Positions 51,909-64,000 of a stretch of DNA of 64,000 bases are shown in pieces. The stretch is from contig OX597817.1 of assembly GCA_951406725.2 (NCBI GenBank), forward strand, positions 13,144,001 to 13,208,000, read 5' to 3'. The position numbers and the translations under genes are program-made. The notes under the pieces were generated by a model. The model was not told the origin of the DNA and ran no database searches. It saw nothing but the letters and a program-made list of their open reading frames with translations. Within the stretch, counting starts at the first letter, position 1, and every line of letters begins with the position of its first letter. This DNA comes from Octopus vulgaris. Taxonomy: Eukaryota.

Positions 51909-52006
51909 GTACCTTTTTTTCCTTTTATTCATAGACACATGCAATTTCACTATTTCAGAAATAAGGTTCTGGTATTAGAAAGTAAAAGATGAAATAGAAT
52001 ACAGTT

Positions 52007-52940
52007 ACTCTTTTTACTTGTTTCAGTCATTTGACTGCGGCCATGCTGGAGCACCACCTTTTTTAATCGAGCAACTCGACCCCGGGACTTATTCTTTTGT
52101 AAGCCCAGTACTAATTCTATCAGTCTCTTTTGCCGAACCGCTAAGTAACAGGGACATAAACAGACCAGCATCGGTTGTCAAGCAATGCTAGGGACACACA
52201 ACACACACACACACGCATATATATATATACATATATACGACGGGCTTCTTTCAGTTTTCGTCTACCAAATCCACTCACAAGGCTTTGGTTGGCCCGAGGC
52301 TATAGTAGAAGACACTTGCCCAAGGTCCACGCTGTGGGACTGAACCCGGAACCATGTGGTTAGTAAGCAAGCTACTTACCACACAGTTATGTTATTTTTA
52401 TTAATCAATTTAACAGCTTGTATGTATCCAAATTGCTTTTCATTGCTATATAATATAGCTTATATTAAAGGGCTCATGCTAGAACTGTTTTAATCATAAA
52501 TTGGATATGTTTTACATTTCTGTGCATAAAATGTATTTGCTATATGTGCATTCAATCCAGTGTATGCATACTGCTGGTTCATAGAGTTAAAACAGGTGGC
52601 TCAGTTACCATGAAGACCTAATCTGTGTCTATTGCTGTGATTACACTTCAAGTAAATGAAGGGACTGGTCATCATTTGTTCCCCAAAACAGGAGATAAAG
52701 CTACATAGTTTAGAGAGATGCAATAAATTTTAAAAATTAATTACTCTCTTTTTACTCTTTTACTTGTTTCAGTCATTTGACTGTCCATGCTGGAGCACTG
52801 CCTTTTAGTCGAGCAAATCGACTCCAGGACTTATTCTTTGTAAGCCTAGTACTTATTCTATCGGTCACTTTTGCCGAACCGCTAAGTTACGGGGATGTAA
52901 ACACACCAGCATTGGAGGACAATCACAAACACACACACAC

Positions 52941-52979
<39 letters not shown>

Positions 52980-53138
52980 CACACACACATATACACACAC
53001 ACACACACACATATACGATGGGCTTCTTTTATTTTCTGTCTACTAAATCCACTCACAAGGCTTTGGTCGGTCCGAGGCTATAGTAGAAGATACTTGCCCA
53101 AGGTGCCACGCAGTGGGACTGAACCCGGAACTATGTGG
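52007..53138 (-). mobile_element. Two SINE family A copies (52007-52386 and 52750-53138) in a SPOP intron
   Basis: Reverse complement of family A. Confidence 0.9.
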
Positions 53139-53686
53139 ATATTTTCTTTTATAAATCCGGTTTCTTGAACTCAGATCACCCATAAAAGTATTTGTGATAG
53201 GCTTTTATAAGCATCAAACACAGAAAAATATTTGGTAGGCATTATGGTTTTGATTGAATGTCACGATTCAAAAGAAATAATTGGATTTTGGCACAGGCAG
53301 GCTGTATGTAATTAAGAAATTCATTTAGCATTTACATGGTTTTGGCTGTCATACTGCACAGAACTTTGGACATATTCTTCTACATGATTGAGCTAACAAA
53401 AGATTTTTGAGTGAAATTTGATTCACAAAAAGCATGCAGAACTGTACCAAATATACATTGCCAGACAGATTGTACAAATTAATGTGTTGAAGAAAAATAC
53501 CCACAGTATTTAGTTTGATACATTTTTACAAAGGTTGACTTGCTTTGCATTCTTTACAAATCAGTAAACACTGGACAAAATACGGGGTTTAATATAAGTT
53601 ACTAAATATTTCGAAGTCAGTTTCCTGATATGGTCACTGTCCAATGATAGAAGTTAGTACAAGAATGGTTTGGTTCTTATTAGATA

Positions 53687-54210
53687 CTAGCAGCATAGCC
53701 TGGCGTTGCCCGGGTATGTAAGAGCCCCTAGTAGGCAACGACTAATCCCAATCTAGTCCTTTCCCTCTAGGGAACGAAGGCGCATGTGTAGGTTGCAATG
53801 TCTTCTGTGTATACGATGTTCCTAGCTGTCCCTTTGGGCGAAAACGCGATTTCCCAAAATGGCATGATTTTATCGATTTTTTTTCTGATGGTAAGGTATT
53901 GCATGGAAAACTAACGTCAGAATTAAGTTCCTTAGGGTAACATTAAGCTTCACCATGAGTTTGGTGAAAATCGATTGCAAGTTGCGAAAACTACAACAGA
54001 AAATGTGTTGCATATAAAAAGCTGAGATTCTCGACCCCATGTCGAATTTATCGATTTTTTTTCAAAATTTTCGCTGCGTTAGTTTTGAATTATGACATTG
54101 GGCTATGTGTGTGTGTTTAGGTTCATCAGAATCGGTTGAAAGCCGTGGTCAGGGTGAGGGTACAACCTGACAGACACACAGACAGACAAACTGCCGTTTA
54201 TATAGAGAGA
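53687..54210 (-). mobile_element. Non-autonomous Helitron, related family
   Basis: 5' TCTCTCTATATAAA..GTCTGTCTGTG and 3' CCCGGGCAACGCCAGG..CTAG. Confidence 0.8.
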
Positions 54211-54599
54211 AATAGTATGACAAGAGAAACTGTTAGCTTTGTTGTAAGAAGTAACAGTAAGGTTTTTATTCTACACTAACGACGTCATTTAACAACTAAT
54301 GATGCAGTGCAACTTCTGGTTTAATTAAGAGAAAGAACTTTCAACCACATAACACAGAATCATATTCTGTGTCTTTTCAGAAAAAAACAAACTGTGAGAA
54401 TTGCAAGATAAGTTGCAGATTAAATCATTCCAGTGGCTTGACTGTTCACTTTGAATGGCGATGTTCATGAAATGTAGTAATAACCCTTGGTAAAATAATT
54501 TCACTTCTGCCACTGAAAGAATCTCCCTCCGATAAATATTATATTTGAAATGAAAAATGTCAGTTGGGAGTATTATTGAGATTAGGATCAAGTCAATCA

Positions 54600-55260
54600 A
54601 GCTCCAGTTCAACTGTTTTCTCTGGAGATTTTGCTTATCATGACAAATCACTATTGGAGAATGTCTACTGCTCTGTTAGTGATCGGAAGAAAAGCAAACT
54701 TGTCCTTACGTTTCAAGTAGTTCTATTGAATGATCACATTTGCATGTGCACACATTTTGTTGCAAGTTCAAAACGGTATAAATTATCCAAGGAAGTTGAG
54801 AATAATTACTGGAGAATGTCTAAAGACAAGAGAAAAATTAATCGTGGGAATTCTCATTGACAGACAGTGAAAGCAGAGATTGTGTAGAATGATGATTCCA
54901 AGAAAGCTTTCTTAATTAGATTCTGGGAAATACCATGATTTTACTATTCCCATATTGTCTTATTAATTCTCTCACACTGGCCATTACCTGTAGTTCTACT
55001 TTGTACAATTCTGTGGTCATTTAGGAAATTTCTCACTTTCATTGATATGAATTGAACTTCTTCTTTATCATTGTGGTCAGTGCTGATATTTCCAGCTGGA
55101 GAAAATAGCTCTTTCAGACATCAAACACTAGTTTGAGGGGTGATATCTATACAAGTAAATACAAAGGGGTTATGCGAATACTTATCTGTTGCCAACAAGT
55201 ACCAGTTGTTTAGGTCCCGTAAAATCCAGTGAAATGCAATCCATAGACCGAGTAGCCTTT
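54600..55260 (-). mobile_element. Gypsy LTR-retrotransposon integrase remnant in a SPOP intron
   Basis: DFTGP..YLLATDKYSHNPFVF...QFIS..VRNFL...SRTTGNGQCERINKTIW (integrase core), with stops and frameshifts. Confidence 0.75.
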
Positions 55261-57377
55261 ATTAGGTGTTAATCTGTCAGTTTATTAAACTTAGATTTTA
55301 GTCCAGAACATATTTTAGTTGCCACAACAGAATTCACATATGTTCTCAGTTGGATTTGAAAAATCTAAGCAAGACGTTTTTACCTTTACTTTACATTATG
55401 CAAAAGTTTTCTTATACTTAGGTGAGGTAATTTATCATGAAATTGTTAAAGTTTATAGTCTGATTGCACAGACATCAGAATGCACACACTTTCCCCACAT
55501 AAATCAAAATTGTCAAAACTACTTGAAATTTCTCATTCTCCAGCTTAATATTTTGTTCCTTTTACACTTATGGGATATATCAAATAAATTGGGTACTTTG
55601 TTGATCTGTATTCAGAATGAAGTATTTTCATAGGAGGTAGTACTAACATTTTTGTAAGCCCTCATCAATTATAAAAGCTTCTTTCTGAATAAGAGGCTAC
55701 AAAAATTCAATCTTGGGAAGGGTACAAATGAAAATGGTTAAAGGGTGACCTATGTGATGTAAAAGGGATGAAGTTGTTGATGGCAGGAAAGCAAGCATTT
55801 TGTTCAGCTTTGATATTTTTGAAGGTAGTAGCAGCCCCTTGGAAAATTGAGAGAGTGGTTCATTTCATTAATGGTCTTGATTTAAAAATTGCAACCCATG
55901 TAATAATCTAGCAATTCAACAATTTTTTTTGTTTTCAAATTCCTCTTCAGAAGTAGGAATTTTAATGAAATAGCCTATTGTGAACAGGAGTTATTCTGTG
56001 GTCTTCAATGCAATAACCAAAGCATTTCAAGCTTGTGTTGTCAAAAATATATTTTTTGATATATGCTTATGTTTCTTTTGTGAGCTTTCTTAAGAGTTAG
56101 TGCATATAATAATCATCATCATCATCTTCGTTTAGCGTCCGCTTTCCATGCTAGCATGGGTTGGACGGTTCAACTGGGGTCTAGGAAGCCAGGAGGCTGC
56201 ACCAGGCCCAGTCTGATCTGGCAATGTTTCTACGGCTGGATGCCCTTCCATGAGTGTAGTGGGTGCTTTTTACTTGCCACCGGCACAGGTGCCAGACGAG
56301 GCTGGCAAACAGCCACGATCGGATGGTGCTTTTTATGTGCCACCGGCACGGAGGCCAGACGAGGCTGGCAACGGCCAGAGGCTGTTGTCAAATTATGGGT
56401 AAGAAGAGTCATAAGATTCAGTGAGGTAATTTGACTCATCATTTAATGTATGAAGTCTGTTGGTACATGTTGTATAATCATTCATTGAAAATGTATCAGT
56501 GTTTGTAGAACCAAATGAAAAATTTGTATACTAATACAGTTACCTCAAGGCTTGAAAATCAACATAAGAATGATTTTTAATTGCTAGTTACAGCTGATTG
56601 TAGGCATTTTTTATGTTGTCTTTGCTCAAATATGAAAATTGTGCTACAGAAGTCACTGACAAGACATTGTTTGTAATTTAATTTTTTATTACAACACAAA
56701 TTCTTCACAGTGAGTGACCGAGTTCTATGATGCTCTCAATGTCAGCCAAAGTTAGCATTGATTGCTGGTTCATCATCATCATCATCATCATTATTTAACG
56801 TCCGCTTTCCATGCTGGCATGGGTTGGACGGTTCAACTGGGGTCTGGGAAGCCAGAAGGCTGTACCAGGCTCCAGTCTGATCTGGCAGTGTTTCTACAGC
56901 TTGATGCCCTTCCTAATGCCAACCACTCCGTTAATTACAACAATGAAATGCATCAGACAAAAATAATTTCAATAAAGCAAAAGAAGTTGAAGAAACTAAT
57001 TTATTGGAGATAATTTTACCCGGTTTATATTGATATTCCAAGTCATCATCATCATTTAGCACCTGCTTTCCATACTGGTATTGGTTACATGGTTTGACTG
57101 GAACAGGTAAGCCTGTACCAGGTTCCAGTTTAATTTGGCTTGGTTCTACAACTGGGTACCCTTCCTAATGCCAACCACTCCTAAGTGTTTAATTTAATTG
57201 AAAACTAGAGAAAATGAGGCCTTCCATATTGCACATATGGCATTTTTAGATGGAAATCGTCTGTGGTCATTCCTATATATCCAAGAAGAACAGAAAAATA
57301 TAACTAAAATAGGTTCCTGTTCAGTGACATTCTCTGTATCAGTAGTGTGTTCACAAAGATATTTTCATTGTGAACAT

Positions 57378-57748
57378 AGGTGCAGGAGTGGCTGTGTGGT
57401 AAGTAGCTTGCTAACCAACCACATGGTTCTGAGTTCAGTCCCACTGCATGGCATCTTGGGCAAGTGTCTTCTGCTATAGCCCCGGGCCGACCAATGCCTT
57501 GTGAGTGGATTTGGTAGACGGAAACTGAAAGAAGCCCATCGTATATATGTATGTTTGTGTTTGTCCCTCTAGCATTGCTTGACAACCGATGCTGGTGTGT
57601 TTATGTCCCCGTCACTTAGCGGTTCGGCAAAAGAGACCGATAGAATAAGTACTAGGCTTACAAAGAATAAGTCCCGGGGTCAATTTGCTCGACTAAAGGC
57701 AGTGCTCCAGCATGGCCGCAGTCAAATGACTGAAACAAGTAAAAGAGT
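57378..57748 (+). mobile_element. SINE family A copy in a SPOP intron
   Basis: Sequence identity to family A. Confidence 0.9.
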
Positions 57749-59100
57749 ATTGACATTCTTTAGTGCTAAGTTCTAGACTGGTTTGAGAAACTGCTGTTTT
57801 CAGATTTAGCATTTGTTCTTGAAAAGTCTTGAAAAGTCTTGAGTCTTGCTCCAGAAATAATAGCCTTCATTATTGAGGGTTTTTTTAAAATATAGTTCTC
57901 GTGATATTACCTTAGAGTTAAATTCTTTAGCCATAAATTTGAAGGCTTAAAGAGATTGATCCAGGGATTTAGTTTGCAAGTGATAAGCTGAGGTCTCAGA
58001 AAAACCCTGTTCACTTGTTTAATGTGGATGTTCTTTCAAGCAATTTATTTTGTTCTTATTATTGTCACAGTCTGATAAATTTAACTACTTTGTGAAATAT
58101 GTTGTTTATGACAGCAACACTTTCCTTTTGCATTGTTATACAAGAAATTTAGCATCTATAGTTTCATGTTCTAATACAAACCACTCCAGTACTAAATTCT
58201 CTTAGACATGCATTTAACGTAGCACTTTATGCCTTTAAAATTCAATGAAAGTAGAAAGGAGTCCTACAAACTGCATTGTGTAGATACCTTTTTTTTCAGT
58301 ATGGTTGATGTAGCTAGTCATTTTAATTTTATCAATGTAAGACCACATTGGCTTCAACATTTAGCAATAGTAATTATGCTTAATTAGTATTGAAAATGTT
58401 TTTGGAATTGAATGAATTTTCAGTATTACTACTGCTAACCTTTGTCGAATCCATTTAAGATTTTGTACTCCTCACAGCTATCTATACTCCTTGTTTACCA
58501 ACCCTTTGAACCTATGAAGTAAGCTTTTACATGATTGCTCATCCTGCTAGCAATAAGTAAATCTCCCTTAAATTACAACCTACCTTAATAGAAGAAAGGG
58601 AACATTGGATAATACACTTCTGGATACACTGTATCTGAAAAAAGCTTAGGGACATCATGTCTGGAGTAGTTTTTTTATTTTTATATGTGTTAGTCAGAAA
58701 AAGAAGGGCAGCATTCATGATTGTTTTTCATCACTTCTGAGACTGGTGAAAGGAAGTTATCCTTGCATTAGAAACTAGGTTTAAATGCTCGCAACAGTGC
58801 ACACTGTATTAAAGATAGCCAAAGTCCAGGAGGTAGAATTGAACTAGATGACATTTTAAGTCAATAGGTTTTCTGGATCAATGCTAACCAGGTACTAAAC
58901 AACTTCGTTTTTATTTATTTTTTTTTTGTAGTGGTAGAGGATGTTATGTTTATGAAACTGGTCCCCATTGTATTGTATGTTAATCAAAAATTTTAGAGAG
59001 TATTACTAGTATGTTCTTTGTCAATACTTTTATCATTGTTTGTATTGTTTCATTTGAAGAAATATTAAAATCTAACATTTTAAATATTTTTCCTTTACAG

Positions 59101-59222
59101 GTGAAAGTAGTAAAGTTTTCCTACATTTGGACCATAAATAATTTTAGTTTTTGTCGAGAAGAAATGGGTGAAGTATTGAAAAGCTCAACCTTTTCTGCGG
59201 GAGCTAATGACAAATTGAAATG
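59101..59222 (+). CDS. SPOP: SPOP coding exon 2 (start of MATH domain)
   Basis: [40 protein letters not shown](W). Acceptor tttacAG, donor GTATGT, 122 nt. Confidence 0.98.
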
Positions 59223-59789
59223 GTATGTTGATTTCAAACCATTTTTTATGGGTTCATAATATAATTGTTCAATGATGGCATTCATCATCATCATCGTTTA
59301 ACGTCTGTTTTCCATGCATGCATGGGTAGGATGGTTGACAGGAGCTGGCCAGGTAGAAGACTACTCTAGGCTACTGTGTTTGTTTTGGCAAGGTTTTTAT
59401 AGCCAGATGCCCTTCCTAACACCAACCACAGGCAGATTTTCCATGGTTGGATGCCCTTCCTTCTGTCAACCCTCACCTGTTTCCAAGCGAGGGGATATTT
59501 CTCAGAGATGGACATGTTTTCACAGAAGACTGGAAATTAATGACATTACTTGTGTGATGAGGACACTCATTTACAACTATTGCACAGCCAAGACAAGGAA
59601 ACAGCCACACATACATGCACATGACAAGCTTCTTTCAGTTTCCACTTAACATATCTACTCACAGGGCTTTAGTTGGCCTTCAGCTATTGCTAAAAGCACA
59701 TGCTCAGGCTGCTAGGTAGTAGATCTGAACCTGGAGCTTTTGTAAATTACATTTCTATCTTAAAACTGTTGGACAGTATTTTACATTAA

Positions 59790-60280
59790 GCACCATACGA
59801 GTGTGATCGTTGACAGAGTGGCTAACCGGCTTCCATGGCACTGGCACATAAAAGGCACCATTTGAGTGTGATCGTTACCAGTGTCGCCTTACTGGCACTT
59901 GTGCTCTTGCTAGTAGGGTGCCAAGAGCACCATCCGAGCGTGATCGTTGCCAGAACGGCTAACTGGCTTCCGTGCCAGTGGCACGTAAAAGGACACCATT
60001 CGAGCGTGATCTTTACCAGTGCCGCCTTACTGGCACTGGTGGCATGTGTAAAAAGATTCGAGGGAGGTCATTGCCAGTACCGCCTGACTGGCCCCCATGC
60101 TGGTGGCACGTAAAAAGCACCCACTACACTCTCGGAGTGTTTGGCATTAGGAAGGGCATCCAGCTGTAGAAACTCTGCCAGGTCAAGACTGGAGCCTGGT
60201 GCAGTCATCTAGTTTGCCAGCCCTCAGTCAAAATCGTCCAATTCATGCTAGCATGGAAAGTGTACGTTAAACGATGATGA
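59790..60280 (+). mobile_element. SINE-like family D with a (GAT)n tail and internal variable subrepeats
   Basis: GGCACGTAAAAAGCACCCACTACAC...GGAAGGGCATCCAGCTGTAG...CGTTAAACGATGATG. Truncated copies at about 1193-1590(-), 4725-4957(+), 6085-6290(-), 6820-7060(-), 13108-13155(-), 56112-56375(-), 56770-56930(-), 59282-59480(-), 61077-61133(-), 62765-62955(+). Confidence 0.85.
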
Positions 60281-60396
60281 TCTAGCAAGAAATGTTCGTT
60301 GTTTGTAAATGCTTACTTATTTCTTAGTCAAAAGGTAATTATAAGATTTTAAACTGTTGCTGATATTATTCCTTCTACAATTGACTGAAAATATAA

Positions 60397-60651
<255 letters not shown>

Positions 60652-60778
60652 TGATGATTTTTGTTCTTGCTACTATTTTGAACTTTACTATTCTCTGTCT
60701 CTAGGGGTGAAAATTTAACCTATTTTCTCCATAGTCTGTGTTTTTCTTTTATATTGCAATTGACATTTGCTGCTTTAA

Positions 60779-60996
60779 CCCTTTGGTGTTTAAACCGGCC
60801 ATATCCAGCCCAAATATTCTATGTTTTATATTCAAACTGGCCAGATCCAGCCTTTCACACCTAACCTACAATGCCATTCTAAAAATAAACAATCACATCA
60901 TTGAAACCACAAAGCTATAAGATTATGCATGATTAATTCAAAACAATTTGAGTGAAAAAGTATTACATTTAATAGAGTAATCTGAACACAAAAGGG
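60779..60996. mobile_element. piggyBac-like MITE (opposite-orientation copy at 2121-2338)
   Basis: TTAA|CCCTTT...AAAGGG|TTAA. Internal sequence is shared with 2121-2338. Confidence 0.75.
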
Positions 60997-61242
60997 TTAA
61001 AACTGACAATAATAGTTGCTTTGATGAACGTTTCAGTCTTCACATTTATATTCCAACATTTATGTAGTTTTATGTTATCATCATCATCATCATCATCATT
61101 TAGCGTCCGCTTTCCATGCTAGCATGGGTTGGACTATCTTTGAAAAACTGTTATGGATGAAAATAAAAGATACATACACATAACAGAGGCTTTAACTTTG
61201 TAACACTGAATTCATAATGTTTTATTGTTTGTCTTATTGCAG

Positions 61243-61370
61243 AAAGCCAAAGGGCGTATAGATTTGTGCAGGGAAAAGATTGGGGATTTAAAAAATTCAT
61301 TAGACGAGATTTTTTAATGGATGAAGCCAACGGGCTTTTACCTGATGACAAGTTGACAATATTTTGTGAG
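61243..61370 (+). CDS. SPOP: SPOP coding exon 4 (end of MATH domain)
   Basis: (E)[44 protein letters not shown] and GTAAC boundaries, 128 nt. Confidence 0.98.
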
Positions 61371-61847
61371 GTAACTATTTTAAAATAAATTTGTTTTGAA
61401 TTAATTTTCAATTAAAATGTTCAAGCATAGTTTTAATAGAAGTGACAGTCTAAAATTTTTATTTCAGTACAGTTTTGAATTAGTTTCTTTCAAATACCTT
61501 CCTACTAATCTGTTCAAGTTTTCTTTAAATAGTTTCTTGGCCTTAATTTATGAGCTTAAATGATTGTTGGTTTTTATCTGCAAAGTCTTTTAAGTTAAGT
61601 TTAAATTAGAGAATTGAAATTTTAGTGTAAAATTTTTTTTTAAATGCCAAAAAATTTGTTTAGTGTTATATAGTAATGATTATTCATGAGCACATATGAA
61701 CTTGGACATCATTTGAGTTATAAAATGTTAGATTATGAATTTTTTTCTATATGCAGTTGATTGCTAGCAATTTAAGAAAGAGCAAATTTATTTTTTAAAT
61801 TTACACTTTTTTTTTTGTTAACTATTAACTTGTATTTTGCTTTTTAG

Positions 61848-62025
61848 GTGAGTGTAGTTGGGGATACAGTAAATGTTTCTGGACAAAGTAATTGTACACC
61901 TGTTAAGGTGCCTGAATGTCGACTCAGTGATGACTTAGGTGGTTTATTTGAACGGTCTTCTTTTAGTGATGTTACGTTATGTGTTGGCGGCCGAGAGTTT
62001 CAAGCACACAAAGCTATTTTGGCTG
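61848..62025 (+). CDS. SPOP: SPOP coding exon 5 (linker and start of BTB domain)
   Basis: [61 protein letters not shown] and GTAAG boundaries, 178 nt. Confidence 0.98.
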
Positions 62026-62397
62026 GTAAGAATTGCTTTTCTGAAGTTATTACTGTTGAACTTTATCATCATTTTGGGGTTGATTAAATAATTACTTGTC
62101 ACATATTGGGCCAATTCAATTTTACTCTATTCATTTCAAGCAGTGTAAGAGATTCTTTTTTTTTTTTTTGGTCTGTAATGATTAAGGGTTTTTAATTTGG
62201 TGCTTCATTTGGTTGCATTTGCTGTGATAGATTATTTTGAAATTTGAATGCTGCAAGATATATTCTAATGATTTAGCATTTTAAATTGAGCCTTTTCTGC
62301 ATTTGTCAAATGTCATGTTTTTATGTTTACTTTTTGAATACATCAACACAATGTGAAACAGTTCTAATATGAACAATTTAATGTATTTCTTTTTCAG

Positions 62398-62453
62398 CCC
62401 GCTCCCCTGTATTTAATGCAATGTTTGAGCATGAAATGGAAGAAAGAAAACAG
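62398..62453 (+). CDS. SPOP: SPOP coding exon 6 (BTB domain); gene continues beyond the window
   Basis: (A)RSPVFNAMFEHEMEERKQ. Acceptor ttttcAG, donor GTAAAT. The six exons total 714 nt (238 codons) with no stop. Confidence 0.97.
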
Positions 62454-63636
62454 GTAAATGTGAAAATAGACATCTTTTATAAAATGCTTTATAAAATTTA
62501 TATTTTTAAATTATTTTTGATACCTGATTTGCGAAAACAATGGCTGTGAAGTTAAGGCACCCCTGTTATTGATCACATGGCCTTAGTTGAGATCTCTACT
62601 GTCAACGTGGTGTGTATCCGAAAAAGATATCTGGCTCTGATAGCTCCAGTTTACTTACCCGTCTGCAAATACCTCACATAAAAACAAACAAAAAAAAGTC
62701 CCATGTCATGTTCAAGTGGCTATTGGTAGGTAGAGTATGTAGTCAAAAGAATAATTTCTCTAACGCAGGTGGCACGTAAAAAGCACCCACTACACTCACA
62801 GAGTGGTTGGCGTTAGGAAGGGCATCCAGCTGTAGAAACATTGCCAGATAAGACTGGAGCCTGGTGCAGCCTTCTGGCTTCCCAGATCCCCGGTCAAACC
62901 GTCCAACCCATGCCAGCATGGAGAACAGACGTTAAACGATGATGATGATGATGATAGACTATTTTCCCCATACAAACATGGAGAAAGTAGGTGTTAATTG
63001 GTTTATACCCTTCATTTGTGATCTGTTGAATTGGATCTTCAAGTTTTGTTGCTTTGATGCAATTAGTTTCAAGTACTGTGCAAAAACAAATTAAATTTAC
63101 TATCACTCCAAATACTTATTAATATTGCAGGCATTTGTCTGATTTTGCAAGGACTATTTCATTGCTCAATTAAAAGTGGGTTTCTAGTTTTGATTTAGCT
63201 ATTAAAAGTAAACACTTCCCTAGTTTCCAAAATTCATTGTTGCTGCATGTGGTATCAGCAATGCAGTCAACAGTGCCAGGCATGCAAATTGAGTTAAACT
63301 GCATGCTTATGAGCTCCAGCTTTCTCTCTCATGCCTTCATACCATGTCTAATAGAACTTTCCCAGATGCATTCTATCAATGCTTGTGTCCTGTTGTCTTC
63401 AACAACACTCTTTTCTATGGAGGTGATGTCATCCTTCATTTCTTCCTGCTCTTTTTTTTGCATACAAGCTTCATCTTCATGAGTAGAGATATCCAAAACA
63501 ATTATCTCAATCTTATTTCCCTCAGCAGCACCAAGACAATCACTACACACACACACACGCACATTCTATGCCTGCACAGATAACAGATGTTAAAAAAATT
63601 ATGCTTATCTACATACATATACAGCCTAATCATTAC

Positions 63637-63694
<58 letters not shown>

Positions 63695-64000
63695 CATACT
63701 ACTTAAAAACAATGCATCCTCTCCTCTTAAACGTGAACGGCATATAATTAGAATGTTCAAATTCTCTGCAAATGCCAGGATTCACCATAACTAGCAGTGC
63801 CATTTCCTCAACATTACAAAAGCTATATCATAGTTACCCTTCATTTTTGGGACCAGAAAATACTTTTTACAGTTGTTAGTAATCCTATACAAAGCTCAAG
63901 AAATAGCAATGGAATCTCCCTTTTATCACACACAGCCATCTTAAAAAAACAGTGGCATTAGAATACTGTTCCCATACCTGGAATGGTATTGCTACTCCAC

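Overview
AT-rich, repeat-dense animal genomic DNA. The tRNA-derived SINE families and microsatellites suggest an octopus or other cephalopod (inference). Two protein-coding genes point away from each other. SPOP (MATH-BTB Cullin-3 adaptor) is on the + strand with six coding exons from 51831 to 62453 and continues past the window. The probable first coding exon of a RUNDC3-like gene is on the - strand at 17491-17576. The rest is several SINE families, decayed LINEs (RTE, L1/Tx1, I/Jockey-like), non-autonomous Helitrons, MITEs with readable target-site duplications (TSDs), a Gypsy integrase remnant and a KIAA1586-like hAT remnant. The most interesting signal is a set of ribozyme-bearing non-coding retroelements. 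Three unrelated head-to-head inverted-repeat elements carry Penelope-type hammerhead motifs, and one of them (29.3-29.8 kb) also has a tRNA-derived Pol III head. A decayed twister motif sits at the 5' end of an RTE LINE. One SINE family forms precisely joined multimers of mixed monomers inside single TSDs. Nearly all ORFs in the supplied track are spurious reads through repeats. Family and homology assignments are from recall, not database searches.
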